Below, piece by piece: positions 9,580 through 20,054 of a stretch of 64,000 nt of DNA. Numbering within the stretch: position 1 is the first letter of the stretch; each line of letters opens with the position of its first letter. Position numbers and translations under genes: made by a program. The DNA comes from Cyanobacteriota bacterium (GTDB taxonomy: Bacteria; Cyanobacteriota; Cyanobacteriia; Thermostichales; Thermostichaceae): contig JANRIL010000024.1 in assembly GCA_033764955.1 (NCBI GenBank), positions 32,001-96,000 of the forward strand, read 5' to 3'. Under the pieces are notes generated by a model. That model was not told where the DNA came from. It saw only the letters and a list, made by a program, of their open reading frames with translations, and ran no database searches.

Positions 9580-12135
9580 TCAAGTTTCCTGCCATTGGGG
9601 AATATCTACCCGAAAGTTTGTCCATCCCTGCTGACTGGTAACCGTGATTTCTCCCGCTAACTCTTCCACCAATCCTTTAATCAGGGAGAGTCCTAAACCT
9701 GTGCCACCCCGCTGCCAACGATCAGCTTGGGGAATACGATAAAATTTATCAAATAGCTTGGGTAAATTATTGGGATCTATCGAGGCTTGGTTGCTGACCG
9801 AAAACTGAATGCCATAGCCAGAATTACTTAAAAAGGTGCCAACCCGTAAAATAATTTGTCCAGTGGGTTCTGTATATTTGCAGGCATTATTCAGGAGTTC
9901 TTCCAAAATACGCTCTAGGGAGGCTCGATCCGTACAAAAGGGAGGTAAACTCTCCTGAATATCGCAGCGTAACTGCAACTGAGATTCTTGGGTACGAATG
10001 TGAAAGGGTTGCAGTAAATGCTCCAAAAAATCAGTGATGTTCAGGCATTCGGGAGTGATCATGTGAGCATGAGCCTCCAGGCGTTGCAGGCTGAGCAGGT
10101 CATTGATGAGGTTGGCCTCATATTTACATTGTTGTTCCAGAATTGCTAAATAACGCTGTTGTTTTTCGTTGAGGGGACTTTTCTTGAGCATCTCAATTGA
10201 CATTCGCATGGTGGCAAGGGGAGAACGCAATTCATGGGAAACAGTGCTGAGGAAGTCATCTTTCAGTTGATTGAGTTCTTCCAATTCGCGGACTTGCTGC
10301 TGACTGGCTTCAAAAAGACGGGCTTGACGGAGGGCAATCGCACATTGATTCGCCACCTGCTGAACAAGACGAATTTCTGCTTCCGAAAAAAACTCTTCTT
10401 TGGGTCGATAAACCGAGATATCGCCAGGGATCCCTTGCTCATCTTGCATCGGACAAAATAAGACAGTGAGGGGTTGTTGCCGACAATAGAGATCACAGCA
10501 ATGTACCCACTCTCCCTCTAAGAGGGGAAGAGTGTATTCGGGATAGCTATCCAAGGCATAGATGTGATGGAGGGAGGAGGGAAACGTACCATCGGTGTAT
10601 TCATGGGTGGCAATGGCTGTACCCGCTTCCACGTCGTAGAGGGCAATTTCACAACAGAAGCATTGCAGGGCATGACCCAATTCCTCAACTGCTGTTTGTA
10701 AGGATTCATTTTCGTCAAGGGAGTCGCGCACTTTGTCGGTGATGCGTTTAAGGAGGGCTTCAAAAGCTAGGGATTGTTGCAGTTGTTGGGTGCGCTGCTC
10801 CACCCGCATTTCGAGCTGATTGTTGAGGGCTTTAACCTGTTCGTAGAGGCGACTTTGTTGCAAAGTGATAGCCAGTTGATCTGCTAGCCGTTTGAGGAAC
10901 TCTTTGTCCCAGGGATCCCAACGGTGGGGAGCCGTGCAATGGTGGGCAATCAAGAGACCCCAGAGGATATTATCTTGGCGAATTGGCACTACCAGATTGG
11001 CGCGCACATCCAAACTAATTAACAATTCCATGTGGCAGGGTTGAATGCTGCTGTCGTAGATATCGTTAATGGAACTGACTCGTCCGGCTTGATAACTATG
11101 ATGCCATTCGTTTTGTAGGCAAGTATCTTGAATTTCTCGTCCCAAAATCGAAAAGATCGGGTCGCTGACGGATTCTACGATGACAGTTCCTACCCAATCT
11201 TTATCAAACTGGTAGATCAAAACCCGATCCGCCTGCAACAGTTGGCGAACCTCCGTAACGGTTGTAGTAAGAATGACTTGCAGATCGAGGGATTGACGGA
11301 TCCGCTCCACCAGGGATCCCAGGAGTTTTTCCTGCTCGGTTTGCTGCTGCAGGGCACGCTCAATTTGTTTGCGTTCCGTGATGTCTTGGACAGTGCCAAA
11401 CAAATGCTTGAGATGGCCTCGTATAGTTCCCGCTTCACCCCGAATTTCAATAAAGCGAATCTCACCGTTCGGGCGAACAATTCGACAATCGATTTGAAAG
11501 GATTCTCCGGTAGTCACATAAAGTTCGAGGGTTTGGCGTACCCGCATCTGATCGTCGGGATGATAGCGATCTAATACTTCTGGGAAGGCAGGATGATACT
11601 GCTTGGGATCCTGTCCAAAGATGCGGTATTGCTCGTCTGACCATGCCAGGGCAAGGGTCTGGGGGTCAAAACTCCAACTGCCCACATGCGCCACCTGCTG
11701 AGCCATCCGCAGATCGGCCTCTAGCTTCCAGACCTCGGTGATATCGCGGCTACAGCAGAGCAATCCCTCAAGTTCGCCCTCGCTATTGCGAAGTGCCGTT
11801 ATCAGATTTTCCCACCACTTGGGGGTGCCTTTGGCGGTCGGACAAAACCCTGTAAAGCGACCTACCCCGCCCGCTTTGGCGGCAGCGGCAGCGGCATAGG
11901 CGGCCTCTCGATCCTCCCCCTGCCACCAATCCATCCAAATAGAGCCTAAACAGGGGGCAAGATCCTCCAACTCCATGAGAATCAAACCGATATCACTCAC
12001 TGAACAAATGCGTCCCTCAAGGTCGAGCACCTTAATACAAAACGGGCTGCTTTCCAAAATACGTCGATTGAGTTCTTCGCTGCGGCGCAACGCTTCTTCC
12101 GTGGATAGGTCTCGGTTGCCACTCAGATTAAGCAT
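9580..12135 (-). CDS. PAS-PAS-GAF(cyanobacteriochrome)-GAF-histidine kinase
   Basis: PAS/PAC motifs (DITE); GAF with DTCL and PCH bilin-binding Cys motifs; SHELRSPL, NACKY, GGTGLGL. Confidence 0.88.
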   Translation of the reverse strand: MLNLSGNRDLSTEEALRRSEELNRRILESSPFCIKVLDLEGRICSVSDIGLILMELEDLAPCLGSIWMDWWQGEDREAAYAAAAAAKAGGVGRFTGFCPTAKGTPKWWENLITALRNSEGELEGLLCCSRDITEVWKLEADLRMAQQVAHVGSWSFDPQTLALAWSDEQYRIFGQDPKQYHPAFPEVLDRYHPDDQMRVRQTLELYVTTGESFQIDCRIVRPNGEIRFIEIRGEAGTIRGHLKHLFGTVQDITERKQIERALQQQTEQEKLLGSLVERIRQSLDLQVILTTTVTEVRQLLQADRVLIYQFDKDWVGTVIVESVSDPIFSILGREIQDTCLQNEWHHSYQAGRVSSINDIYDSSIQPCHMELLISLDVRANLVVPIRQDNILWGLLIAHHCTAPHRWDPWDKEFLKRLADQLAITLQQSRLYEQVKALNNQLEMRVEQRTQQLQQSLAFEALLKRITDKVRDSLDENESLQTAVEELGHALQCFCCEIALYDVEAGTAIATHEYTDGTFPSSLHHIYALDSYPEYTLPLLEGEWVHCCDLYCRQQPLTVLFCPMQDEQGIPGDISVYRPKEEFFSEAEIRLVQQVANQCAIALRQARLFEASQQQVRELEELNQLKDDFLSTVSHELRSPLATMRMSIEMLKKSPLNEKQQRYLAILEQQCKYEANLINDLLSLQRLEAHAHMITPECLNITDFLEHLLQPFHIRTQESQLQLRCDIQESLPPFCTDRASLERILEELLNNACKYTEPTGQIILRVGTFLSNSGYGIQFSVSNQASIDPNNLPKLFDKFYRIPQADRWQRGGTGLGLSLIKGLVEELAGEITVTSQQGWTNFRVDIPQWQET

Positions 12136-12402
12136 TCAGTTTAAGCATAGGTAAGGTTTGGCAGGCAGAAGAATGAGTGATGTCAGCAGATAACCTAGCA
12201 GTATCTTAATTCTAAGTATAATTAGAAACCTGCCTTCATAACACTTAACTTTTGATTCCAAAAGTAAAAATCGCGGCTAGGGATCCCTGCCCGTTCTAAC
12301 CTGCACAAGGGAATAGCTTGAGTCTAAACCCTCACAATTTTTGCAATTCTTAATGCCTAAAGAGGGTCATCGCCTAGCCCAGTTGCCCCACTAGCAAGAT
12401 CG

Positions 12403-12789
12403 TTAGGATGATGGATCCCGACGGATCAAACAGCGAATTTCTTGCAGCAAAATCTCAAAGCGTTGGTCAGATTCTGCCTGTCGTTGCTTGAGTTCGAGGT
12501 ATTACTGCTTAAATTGATTGAAATTAACTTGATGGTGTTCCAAGGTTTGCTGCTGACGTTCCAAGATCCCTTGGTGGCGTTGCTGCACCTCCCGCAACAT
12601 CTGGATAGCTGTGGTCACACTACTGAACCATTCCAGAATATGGATGAGATCAGCACGGGTTGCGGCGACGACCTCCTGCAAACGCTGTTGACCCTACTGC
12701 CACTCGGCTTGCCTTTCTTCAAAGTGGCTGTGCTTGTTTTCTAGGCGCAGTACGGCTTGGGTGAGGAGGGCTTCTTGTTCGGGTGTCAT
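12403..12789 (-). pseudogene. Coiled-coil hypothetical protein pseudogene with two in-frame stops
   Basis: MTPEQEALL...WQ*GQQ...FKQ*YLELKQRQAESDQRFEILLQEIRCLIRR; TAG at 12694-12696 and TAA at 12502-12504, same frame. Confidence 0.7.
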
Positions 12790-12850
12790 CTTTCTTCTCG
12801 AAGGGAGTGGCATCCAGATTGTTTGCTCTAGCCTAGCCGGGATCCCTGGG

Positions 12851-13696
12851 CTATTTATCCCGCCCTAAGGCAAACCCACTCATAAACTGTTGTTGGAGCA
12901 AGACAAAGACAATGACCGGGGGCAAACTGGCAATGACCGCTCCCAACATCATCGGGCCATAGGATGCGGATCCATCGGAATTGATCAGGGTTTGTAGCCC
13001 AATCTGCACCACTTGCCGAGCCTGACCCTGAATGATCAAACGAGGCCAAAGATACATATTCCAGGCATAAACAAACTGGATGACTGCCAACGCCCCAATC
13101 GTATTCCAACTGAGGGGAATTAACACCTTGATCAAAAACTGGAAAGGGTTTGAGCCATCCAATTGAGCCGCTTCCGAAAGTTCGGCGGGAATGTTGGCAA
13201 AGTGTTGACGAAACAAAAAGGTTCCGGTAGCACTCGCCAAAAAGGGCACGATCAAGGCTGTATAAGTGCTTCCCCAACCCAAATCGGTGACAAAACGAAG
13301 CAGGGCAATGATCAAAATTTCGGTGGGCATCATTAAGGTGAGCAAGACCAACCCAAACACCAACCACTTGCCAGGAAAACGAAAATAAACAAAGGCTAGT
13401 CCGGCCATCAGGGATAAAATCGTCTTGCCGACCGTGATCGTCACTGCCATAAAAATACTGTTGAGCATGTAGGATCCGAGGCGACGGGATCCCATCACCA
13501 CCTGCCAATTATTGAGAAAGGCGTCACCAAAAGTAAATTGATAACTATATACTTCTGTATTGGTCTGGGTGCTGACAATGATGGCATAAAGAATGGGAAA
13601 TCCTAAAATCAGGCAGACAACCCACAGTAGCAGGTGAATAGGCCAGCGTTCCGGCCAAAGGGATCCCGTTTTCACGGCGGTGATAGATTTGGTCAT
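12851..13696 (-). CDS. ugpE: Glycerol-3-phosphate/carbohydrate ABC permease
   Basis: EAA motif ELSEAAQLDG, YAWNMYLWP, operon context. Confidence 0.8.
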   Translation of the reverse strand: MTKSITAVKTGSLWPERWPIHLLLWVVCLILGFPILYAIIVSTQTNTEVYSYQFTFGDAFLNNWQVVMGSRRLGSYMLNSIFMAVTITVGKTILSLMAGLAFVYFRFPGKWLVFGLVLLTLMMPTEILIIALLRFVTDLGWGSTYTALIVPFLASATGTFLFRQHFANIPAELSEAAQLDGSNPFQFLIKVLIPLSWNTIGALAVIQFVYAWNMYLWPRLIIQGQARQVVQIGLQTLINSDGSASYGPMMLGAVIASLPPVIVFVLLQQQFMSGFALGRDK

Positions 13697-13722
13697 TGCT
13701 TTTGGCCCATGGGGAGAATAGT

Positions 13723-14916
13723 TTAAGCACCATAGGTAACATTCTTTTCGGTGGTGCGGAATTGCAGGATAGTTAACCCCACCACCACGACAAATAAAAC
13801 AATCGATTGAGCAGCGGCTTTACCCAAATTACCAGAGGCTACACCTACCTCATAGATTTTATAGATCAAAACTGATGTCGAACCCAGTGGGCCACCTGCC
13901 GTCAACAAATCAATTGTGCCGAAAATATCAAAGAACGCATAAGTCAAATTCGTAACCACCAGAAAGAAAGTAATCGGCGAAAGCAGGGGAACCGTAATAT
14001 TCAAAAATCGCCGGATAGCACTGGCTCCATCCAAAGAGGCTGCTTCTTGCAAATCGTGGGGTAGGTTTTGCAACCCCGCAATATAAAACAAGACGTTGTA
14101 GCCCATCTGTTTCCAAACACTGGCAAAAATCACCACCCAGGGAGCCAAATTGGGATCACTCAACCAGTTAAACTCTACGCCAATAATTCCTTTCAAAAAA
14201 TAGTTGATAATGCCAGCAATTGGGTTAAACAAAATGAAAAAGATAATGCCGGCGACAGCGGGAGAAATGGCATAAGGCCAGATTAAAAGAGTGCGATACA
14301 GATTAGCCCCTCGAATCGGCTGATAGGCCAATATCGCAATCAGCAGGGAACTCACCAAGCCAAGCACAATAATGGCTGTTGAAATGCCAAAAGTGATGAT
14401 CACACTGTGGAGATAGCTATCATCCGTGACCAAGCCCGTAAAATTATTCAAACAAACAAACTTGCTACGGGGTGCTCCGACAAAGGTGAGCAGAGTGGAT
14501 AACCGCAGGGTATCGAGGGCGGGATAGTAGAGAAATAAAACAAGGATGACCAAGGTTGGCAACAGAAACAGCCAAGCCGCCCACCAGGATCGAAATATTC
14601 CCTGTTGTTGGATAGCAGGGATCCCTTGTTTTTTTTGCCGATCTTGCCAGATTAACCAACCAGCGGGGATGAGCGTGGCAGCCATGCCGATTATGACCAA
14701 CCCCCAGCCAAAGATTTGATCGAGAGCCGATCGCTCCGCTGCAAAAGGACAAAAACCCAGGGGAGCCATAAAGATCAAGGATCCCCCCAGTCCGGCGAGT
14801 CCCCCCAAGCTGGATCCCTGCCAAAGCGGTCGCCCCAGATATTGACCCCATAACCCCAAGAGGATGGATCCGACTATCGCCGCCACCAGAGGGATCCCGA
14901 TTTCTGCCATCGCCAT
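13723..14916 (-). CDS. ugpA: Glycerol-3-phosphate/carbohydrate ABC permease with extra N-terminal TM segments
   Basis: LIWPYAISPAVAG, WKQMGYN, EAASLDGA. Confidence 0.8.
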   Translation of the reverse strand: MAMAEIGIPLVAAIVGSILLGLWGQYLGRPLWQGSSLGGLAGLGGSLIFMAPLGFCPFAAERSALDQIFGWGLVIIGMAATLIPAGWLIWQDRQKKQGIPAIQQQGIFRSWWAAWLFLLPTLVILVLFLYYPALDTLRLSTLLTFVGAPRSKFVCLNNFTGLVTDDSYLHSVIITFGISTAIIVLGLVSSLLIAILAYQPIRGANLYRTLLIWPYAISPAVAGIIFFILFNPIAGIINYFLKGIIGVEFNWLSDPNLAPWVVIFASVWKQMGYNVLFYIAGLQNLPHDLQEAASLDGASAIRRFLNITVPLLSPITFFLVVTNLTYAFFDIFGTIDLLTAGGPLGSTSVLIYKIYEVGVASGNLGKAAAQSIVLFVVVVGLTILQFRTTEKNVTYGA

Positions 14917-15059
14917 AGGTCTGTTGTGGTTAACTATCTTCTATAAAGGTTCTGGAGAATTGCAGATTTGCCTCGCCTGTTGGGATCCAACCAAGTCAGA
15001 AGGAGCGAAGCTCACTTGCCTCACCCCTTCTTTAGAATCCTACAGAATCAGCGAGAGGA

Positions 15060-16421
15060 TTATTGATAGAGAGAGTTATACTCCTCCAGCAACTGGTTAG
15101 CCTCGGTGTTGGCATTCGCCATCGCTGCCGCCGGATCACCCCCCTTTAGCATCAACTCTTCCATCGTCTGGGTGACAATATCACGGGTTTGGGGAAAGCT
15201 ACCCAAGAGGGCACCACTGGTGGCTACTGTAACGGTGCTGTTGTTGATCTGGTCACTGGCAGTGTAGAAGTTGGGATTTTCCTTAAACCAGCCTTCCTTC
15301 TCTAGCAATTCCACAGAGCTTTCGCGGATCGGCAGATATCCAGTGAATTGATGCCATTCCGCCGCATTCTCGGTGTTGTTGAGCCACAACATCCAGGTGA
15401 GTGCCCCTTCCTCGACTTTCGGATCGAGATCATTAACCAACCAGAGGCTAGCCCCCCCGATCAAATTTCCTTTCCAGCCGGTTTCAGCGTTGTAGGGCAT
15501 CCGCGAGGTAACCAGCTCAATGTTGTTCTCTTTAGCGGCATTGGTGATGTTAGCAGCATCGGCGCTACTGGTGATCACCATCGCTACCGTACCCGTTTGG
15601 ATGCCAAGTTCCGTGGCTTCCCAATCCCGTTGCTTGCCACTATAGAGGTAGTAACCTTTGTCCTCCATGCTCTGCCACCAACTGGCAACGGCTACCGAAG
15701 GAGAAGAATCCAGTAATAATTCACTGGCGCGACTTTTCCGTCCATTATCGTTGTTGGCCAAGGGAGCATCCTGTTGAGCCATCCACTGCTCGTAAAACCA
15801 ACCATGATTCGGCCAGGTCACACAGCCTTTTGGTTTGTTAGGCAGAGCCATAATTTTTTCACAGGCGGCTTCTAGTTCCTGCCAGGTGGCGGGGGGCTTT
15901 TCGATGCCTGCTTCTTTAAGGATGGCGGTGTTGGAGTAGAGGATGGGGGAAGAACTGTTCCAGGGCATGGAGGTAAACTTCCCTTCCACGGTGTAATAGT
16001 TCACCACGGGTTGCACAAAGTCGTCAAAGTTGACCGGAACGCCGTTAAATTCGGTTTTGTCCCCCAAGGCATCCGCAATCGACTTAAAGTAGCCAAAGTC
16101 ACGGGCTCGTTGGGTTCCCACTTCAAACCACTGCACGACGGCAGGGGCGCTATTTTGTTGGATGGCTAGATCCGTAGCTTTTTGGATTTCTTCGTAGTTG
16201 GCGTAGCCTTCCACGCTCACCTTAAATTGGGGAAATTGACTGTTAAAGGCTTCGGCCTTTTCTTTCGTCCAGTCCAAACGGTTATCGGTAAAAGCAATCC
16301 AAACCTTCACCTCAGCAGGATCCTGGGCAAAGCTAGGAATACTGCCGATCTTGAAAACGGCGACGCTGGTCAATAGGCTGGCGGCAGCTAACAAAAAACG
16401 ACGATTGATCACGCTGACCAT
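15060..16421 (-). CDS. ugpB: Glycerol-3-phosphate ABC substrate-binding protein (Tat-like NRRFL leader)
   Basis: FEVGT, SMPWNSSSPILYSN, IGGASLW, TGYLP motifs. Confidence 0.8.
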   Translation of the reverse strand: MVSVINRRFLLAAASLLTSVAVFKIGSIPSFAQDPAEVKVWIAFTDNRLDWTKEKAEAFNSQFPQFKVSVEGYANYEEIQKATDLAIQQNSAPAVVQWFEVGTQRARDFGYFKSIADALGDKTEFNGVPVNFDDFVQPVVNYYTVEGKFTSMPWNSSSPILYSNTAILKEAGIEKPPATWQELEAACEKIMALPNKPKGCVTWPNHGWFYEQWMAQQDAPLANNDNGRKSRASELLLDSSPSVAVASWWQSMEDKGYYLYSGKQRDWEATELGIQTGTVAMVITSSADAANITNAAKENNIELVTSRMPYNAETGWKGNLIGGASLWLVNDLDPKVEEGALTWMLWLNNTENAAEWHQFTGYLPIRESSVELLEKEGWFKENPNFYTASDQINNSTVTVATSGALLGSFPQTRDIVTQTMEELMLKGGDPAAAMANANTEANQLLEEYNSLYQ

Positions 16422-16597
16422 AAGGTTAGTGAGTATTTTGTACAGCTACAGACAATACACTGCTCACGTTAAGGAAGGATTATCCTTCGTCAGCTCCTTA
16501 AAAAATCTAGGGCAAGATAAGCTAGTCACCCTAAATTGGCAGCAATGTCAAGAGGATTGCCTGCGTTTTTTAGGTTACATAACCGGTTCGCCAAGCT

Positions 16598-17428
16598 ATG
16601 GATTTATCGGCTCTCTCCCCTCAGCAAGTCGTCACTTACCTGGAGCGTCTCGGCTATCAGGGATCCCTGCATCCCACGCCGGAAACCCTCCGCCGACTGC
16701 AAAACTCTCATTTGTTGGCGGTGCCTTTTGAAAACTTAGATATTCATATAGGGCGAGCCATTTCCATTGAACCCCAACATCTGTTTCATAAGATTGTTCT
16801 CCAACGACGGGGGGGGTTTTGTTACGAACTCAATGGTTTATTGGCGGAGCTGTTGATGGCTTTAGGATTTCAAGTGGATCGCTTATCGGCACAGGTGAAT
16901 CGACCGGATGGTCGTTTAGGACCTGCGTTTGATCATTTGGTTTTATTGGTGCATTTGGAACACCCTTGGTTAGTGGATGTGGGCTTTGGCGATTCCTTTC
17001 GGGATCCCCTGCGATTGGTAGCCGATTGTCCTCAATCTTCCTATCGCCTAACCTGCCAACACAACCACTGGCGGGTGGAACAATCCCAGCCAAATGGGGA
17101 CTGGAAATCTCAGTTTGTGTTTGATTTGGATCCCCACCCGTTGTCGGATTTTGCGGCCATGTGTCAGTTCCATCAAACCTCGCCAGAATCCTTATTTCCG
17201 AAAATGCCTTTGTGTTCCATTGCGACTCCCACTGGGCGTGTAACCCTCAGCAAACAAAAACTGATCATGACCCTAGATTCAACTAATCGAACCGAAAAAG
17301 GCTCCGAGAAAAAAGTGATGACCCTCACGCGATCTGACTACGCCACCGCGTTAGCAACCTATTTTGGTGTGAAATTAGCTGATCGAGAGGTGGAGCGATT
17401 ATGGGGATCCCTGATGGTCACTTCTTAG
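16598..17428 (+). CDS. Arylamine N-acetyltransferase
   Basis: VPFENL, RGGFCYELN (catalytic Cys), DHL, LVDVGFG. Confidence 0.93.
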   Translation: MDLSALSPQQVVTYLERLGYQGSLHPTPETLRRLQNSHLLAVPFENLDIHIGRAISIEPQHLFHKIVLQRRGGFCYELNGLLAELLMALGFQVDRLSAQVNRPDGRLGPAFDHLVLLVHLEHPWLVDVGFGDSFRDPLRLVADCPQSSYRLTCQHNHWRVEQSQPNGDWKSQFVFDLDPHPLSDFAAMCQFHQTSPESLFPKMPLCSIATPTGRVTLSKQKLIMTLDSTNRTEKGSEKKVMTLTRSDYATALATYFGVKLADREVERLWGSLMVTS

Positions 17429-17438
17429 AAACAGTTCC

Positions 17439-18392
17439 TTAAATCAGGCAGTCACGATTGAATTGATCCAAAAACTTGAGTTGATGATAGAGCATCTGAA
17501 TATGGGTCAGGTCAACCCCTTGAGACTGGGCTGAGCGCCAGGGATGGCCAATAATAGCTTCGATTTCCAGAGGTCGTCGCTGTTCATAATCAATTTTCAT
17601 GCTGGTGCGGTAAGGTTTCATTTTTTCAGTCTTTTCTATCATTTCTTGCAGAAATTCATCGGCAATAGTTCTTCCCCAAGCCGCTGCTCCCACTACTACT
17701 TCCTGCATCAGCTTTTTGATCAAATAGCGGGCATCCTCACTGCTCATCATTTGGTCAGTCGTAGCATTAAAGATAACAGATAACCCATTAAAGGGAATGT
17801 TCCAAACCAGCTTTTGCCAGCGAGAGAGTACCCAATCTTCCCCTAGCTGCACAGGGATCCCAGATTCCTGAAAGTCAGACTGAATAGCCAACATCCCCTG
17901 AGTAATACCTTTTACTTGATAATTATCACCATACTCAGCCAAATGAACGGAGCCATAATCGAGATGGTGAATATGACCTGGACCAATTTTATTAGAACTC
18001 ACAAAGCATAGCCCTGCTATCACCCGTTTCGGACCGATAATCTTAGCCACCCATTCCTCTCCGCCCAGACCATTTTGTAAGAGAAGGACAATTCCATCAG
18101 GTTTTAATAAAGGAGGCAACAGCTCCGTTAATAAATGATTTTGTAGGGTTTTGATGGCAACGATCACGACATCACAAGCGGGCATTTGTGAAACCTGTGG
18201 ATAGGCTTGCACCTGAGGCAGATAAAAATCCCCCTGCCATGAGTCAATTCTTAAGCCGTGGTTTACAACATGGGCATAGTCTTGATGAAATAAAAAATGG
18301 ACAGGAAAGCCCGCTCGTTGCAGTTGCCCTCCATACAAGCCTCCTACGGCTCCCGCTCCCACAACAGCATAAGATCGTTCCCTGCTGGTCAT
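17439..18392 (-). CDS. panE: 2-dehydropantoate 2-reductase
   Basis: GAGAVG, LQNG, WQKLVWN, TSMKID, LEIEAI. Confidence 0.88.
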   Translation of the reverse strand: MTSRERSYAVVGAGAVGGLYGGQLQRAGFPVHFLFHQDYAHVVNHGLRIDSWQGDFYLPQVQAYPQVSQMPACDVVIVAIKTLQNHLLTELLPPLLKPDGIVLLLQNGLGGEEWVAKIIGPKRVIAGLCFVSSNKIGPGHIHHLDYGSVHLAEYGDNYQVKGITQGMLAIQSDFQESGIPVQLGEDWVLSRWQKLVWNIPFNGLSVIFNATTDQMMSSEDARYLIKKLMQEVVVGAAAWGRTIADEFLQEMIEKTEKMKPYRTSMKIDYEQRRPLEIEAIIGHPWRSAQSQGVDLTHIQMLYHQLKFLDQFNRDCLI

Positions 18393-18549
18393 CCCCCGAT
18401 CTCCCCTAACGATCTAGCTTTGCCCCAGTCAACCCTGGAAAGGAACCTTCTTGGCGAAGTTATTAGTTGCCCCAGCATCATGGACATTAAAATAACAACT
18501 GACAACATTAGCTACCAATAACTTAAAATCTTCCACCAACATTCATCAA

Positions 18550-18636
18550 CGGAGAGAGAGGGATTTGAACCCTCGATGACGTTGCCGCCATAGCAGTTTT
18601 CGAGACTGCCGCATTCAACCACTCTGCCATCTCTCC
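18550..18636 (-). tRNA. tRNA-Ser(CGA)
   Basis: GGAGAGATGGCAGAGTGG...GCAGT-CTCGAAA-ACTGC, long variable arm, GGTTCAAATCC; CCA not encoded. Confidence 0.97.
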
Positions 18637-18700
18637 AGCAGGGTCTAGGTAAACCATTCTGACACTGAAGCCCACCGCGAGCAAGGGATCCCTCTCCCCT

Positions 18701-19552
18701 TCAAATCCCCAGCCCATCCCGCAACAACCAAAATCCGCTAAACGATCTGGCCTGTAGATCGGTCTGAATCGCCAAAAAGTGGATCCCGTACACCTGCTTT
18801 TTCTGGGCTTCAAATGCCTCTCCTTCCTGCTGCAAGCTAGCGCTATTCAAGCGGGCTACTCGATAGCAGTCACTTTGCCCGACCTCCAAAACAAGGCTGG
18901 CCTCGGTTGGGGCTAACCGCAAATAGGCAGGTTCCAACCCACTCATCCAAGCGGCTAAGGGCAAAGCGCGCCGTGAGATGATGACCAATCCAGGCACAAC
19001 AACCTCATCGGCTAAGGGCAAATTCGCCAGAGAAAAGCTCTCACCAAAATCCCTTGTCCACAACTCTGCGCTTGCCAGATCCGACACCGTCATGGATACC
19101 AGTGCCCAGCGTTCCCCCAGCACCTTATCCGGCAGAGGGCTGGGATCCGCAGGTTCTGCCTCACTATCCTCCAGATCGAGGGGATCATAACGATAGGCTG
19201 ACTCCTGCAGATAAACCTGCTCGACTCGCTGTCGCATCCATTCTGCCAACGCATAAACACGGCGACTGGGTAGGAGCGGAATACCAACCAGATCACAGCC
19301 TCGCTGTAGGATAGAAGTCATTCGCCCCCGAAACACGCGAATCGCGCTGGGGGTCATCCCCCTAGCCTCGATCAACTCCTTGAGGCGTTCTCCTACCCAG
19401 CTACTATTCACCTGCTGGTTGCTGCCATAAAAAGCCTGACGGAGGGATCCGGATGAATCGCAGACCAACAACTGCCAAACCCGCTTGTCTTGGTCATCCC
19501 GGAGGGGAGTAACCCAAAAGTCCATTTGCCAAATCGTTTCGGAATGCCCCAT
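18701..19552 (-). CDS. Tab2/Atab2 family RNA-binding protein
   Basis: IWQMDF...WQLLVCD, VNSSW, RALPLAAWMSGLEP, IHFLAIQ...FSGFWLL. Confidence 0.85.
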   Translation of the reverse strand: MGHSETIWQMDFWVTPLRDDQDKRVWQLLVCDSSGSLRQAFYGSNQQVNSSWVGERLKELIEARGMTPSAIRVFRGRMTSILQRGCDLVGIPLLPSRRVYALAEWMRQRVEQVYLQESAYRYDPLDLEDSEAEPADPSPLPDKVLGERWALVSMTVSDLASAELWTRDFGESFSLANLPLADEVVVPGLVIISRRALPLAAWMSGLEPAYLRLAPTEASLVLEVGQSDCYRVARLNSASLQQEGEAFEAQKKQVYGIHFLAIQTDLQARSFSGFWLLRDGLGI

Positions 19553-19986
19553 TAGCCCTGCGGATCCCCCACCAACGCCAGAGAGTGCTCACCAAAGATA
19601 GCCTCTTGATGCCGATAAAACTTAAACTCCAGCAGATTAAAGAAGGGATCCTGAAGAAAGAAGGTGGCATGCTCTAGGGGAAGATCCGCAAAGCGCCAGC
19701 GTGGTTCCTGGTAAAAAGTTAGGTGATGAGCCTGGGCACGATCACAGAGGTTCTGCCACGCCTGCTGGCTAGGCAAGATCAAGCCAAAGTGACGAGGATA
19801 AATCCCCCGTTGGGGAGTTAGCGGTTCATGGGTGAGATGAGCCACCAGTTGATGTCCCGCCAGGTTCAAAATCACAGAGGTAGGAGTTTCCCGTCCGACC
19901 CCACAGCCTAAACCTTCCGCATAAAACGCTTTGGTTTGGGCAATATCATGCACCGGAAAGGCGAGATGAAAGCAAACGGTATCCAT
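19552..19986 (-). CDS. VOC/glyoxalase family protein
   Basis: FHLAFPV, YPRHFG, DPFFNLLEFK. Confidence 0.85.
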   Translation of the reverse strand: MDTVCFHLAFPVHDIAQTKAFYAEGLGCGVGRETPTSVILNLAGHQLVAHLTHEPLTPQRGIYPRHFGLILPSQQAWQNLCDRAQAHHLTFYQEPRWRFADLPLEHATFFLQDPFFNLLEFKFYRHQEAIFGEHSLALVGDPQG

Positions 19987-20054
19987 AAAATCGCAGGGAT
20001 CCCTTAGAGAGGCTATTTATCCTACCAGGGTAGACAAGAAGGATTCAAACCTGA

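Noticed and set aside
12442..12744. 100-aa Leu-rich + strand ORF
   Set aside because: Shadow of the Gln-rich minus-strand pseudogene.
18550..18636. tRNA-Ser as an integration site for an island
   Set aside because: No integrase nearby and no duplicated tRNA 3' end seen; flanking genes are housekeeping.
18523..18813. 96-aa minus-strand ORF
   Set aside because: Runs through tRNA-Ser and the end of the Tab2 gene; spurious.
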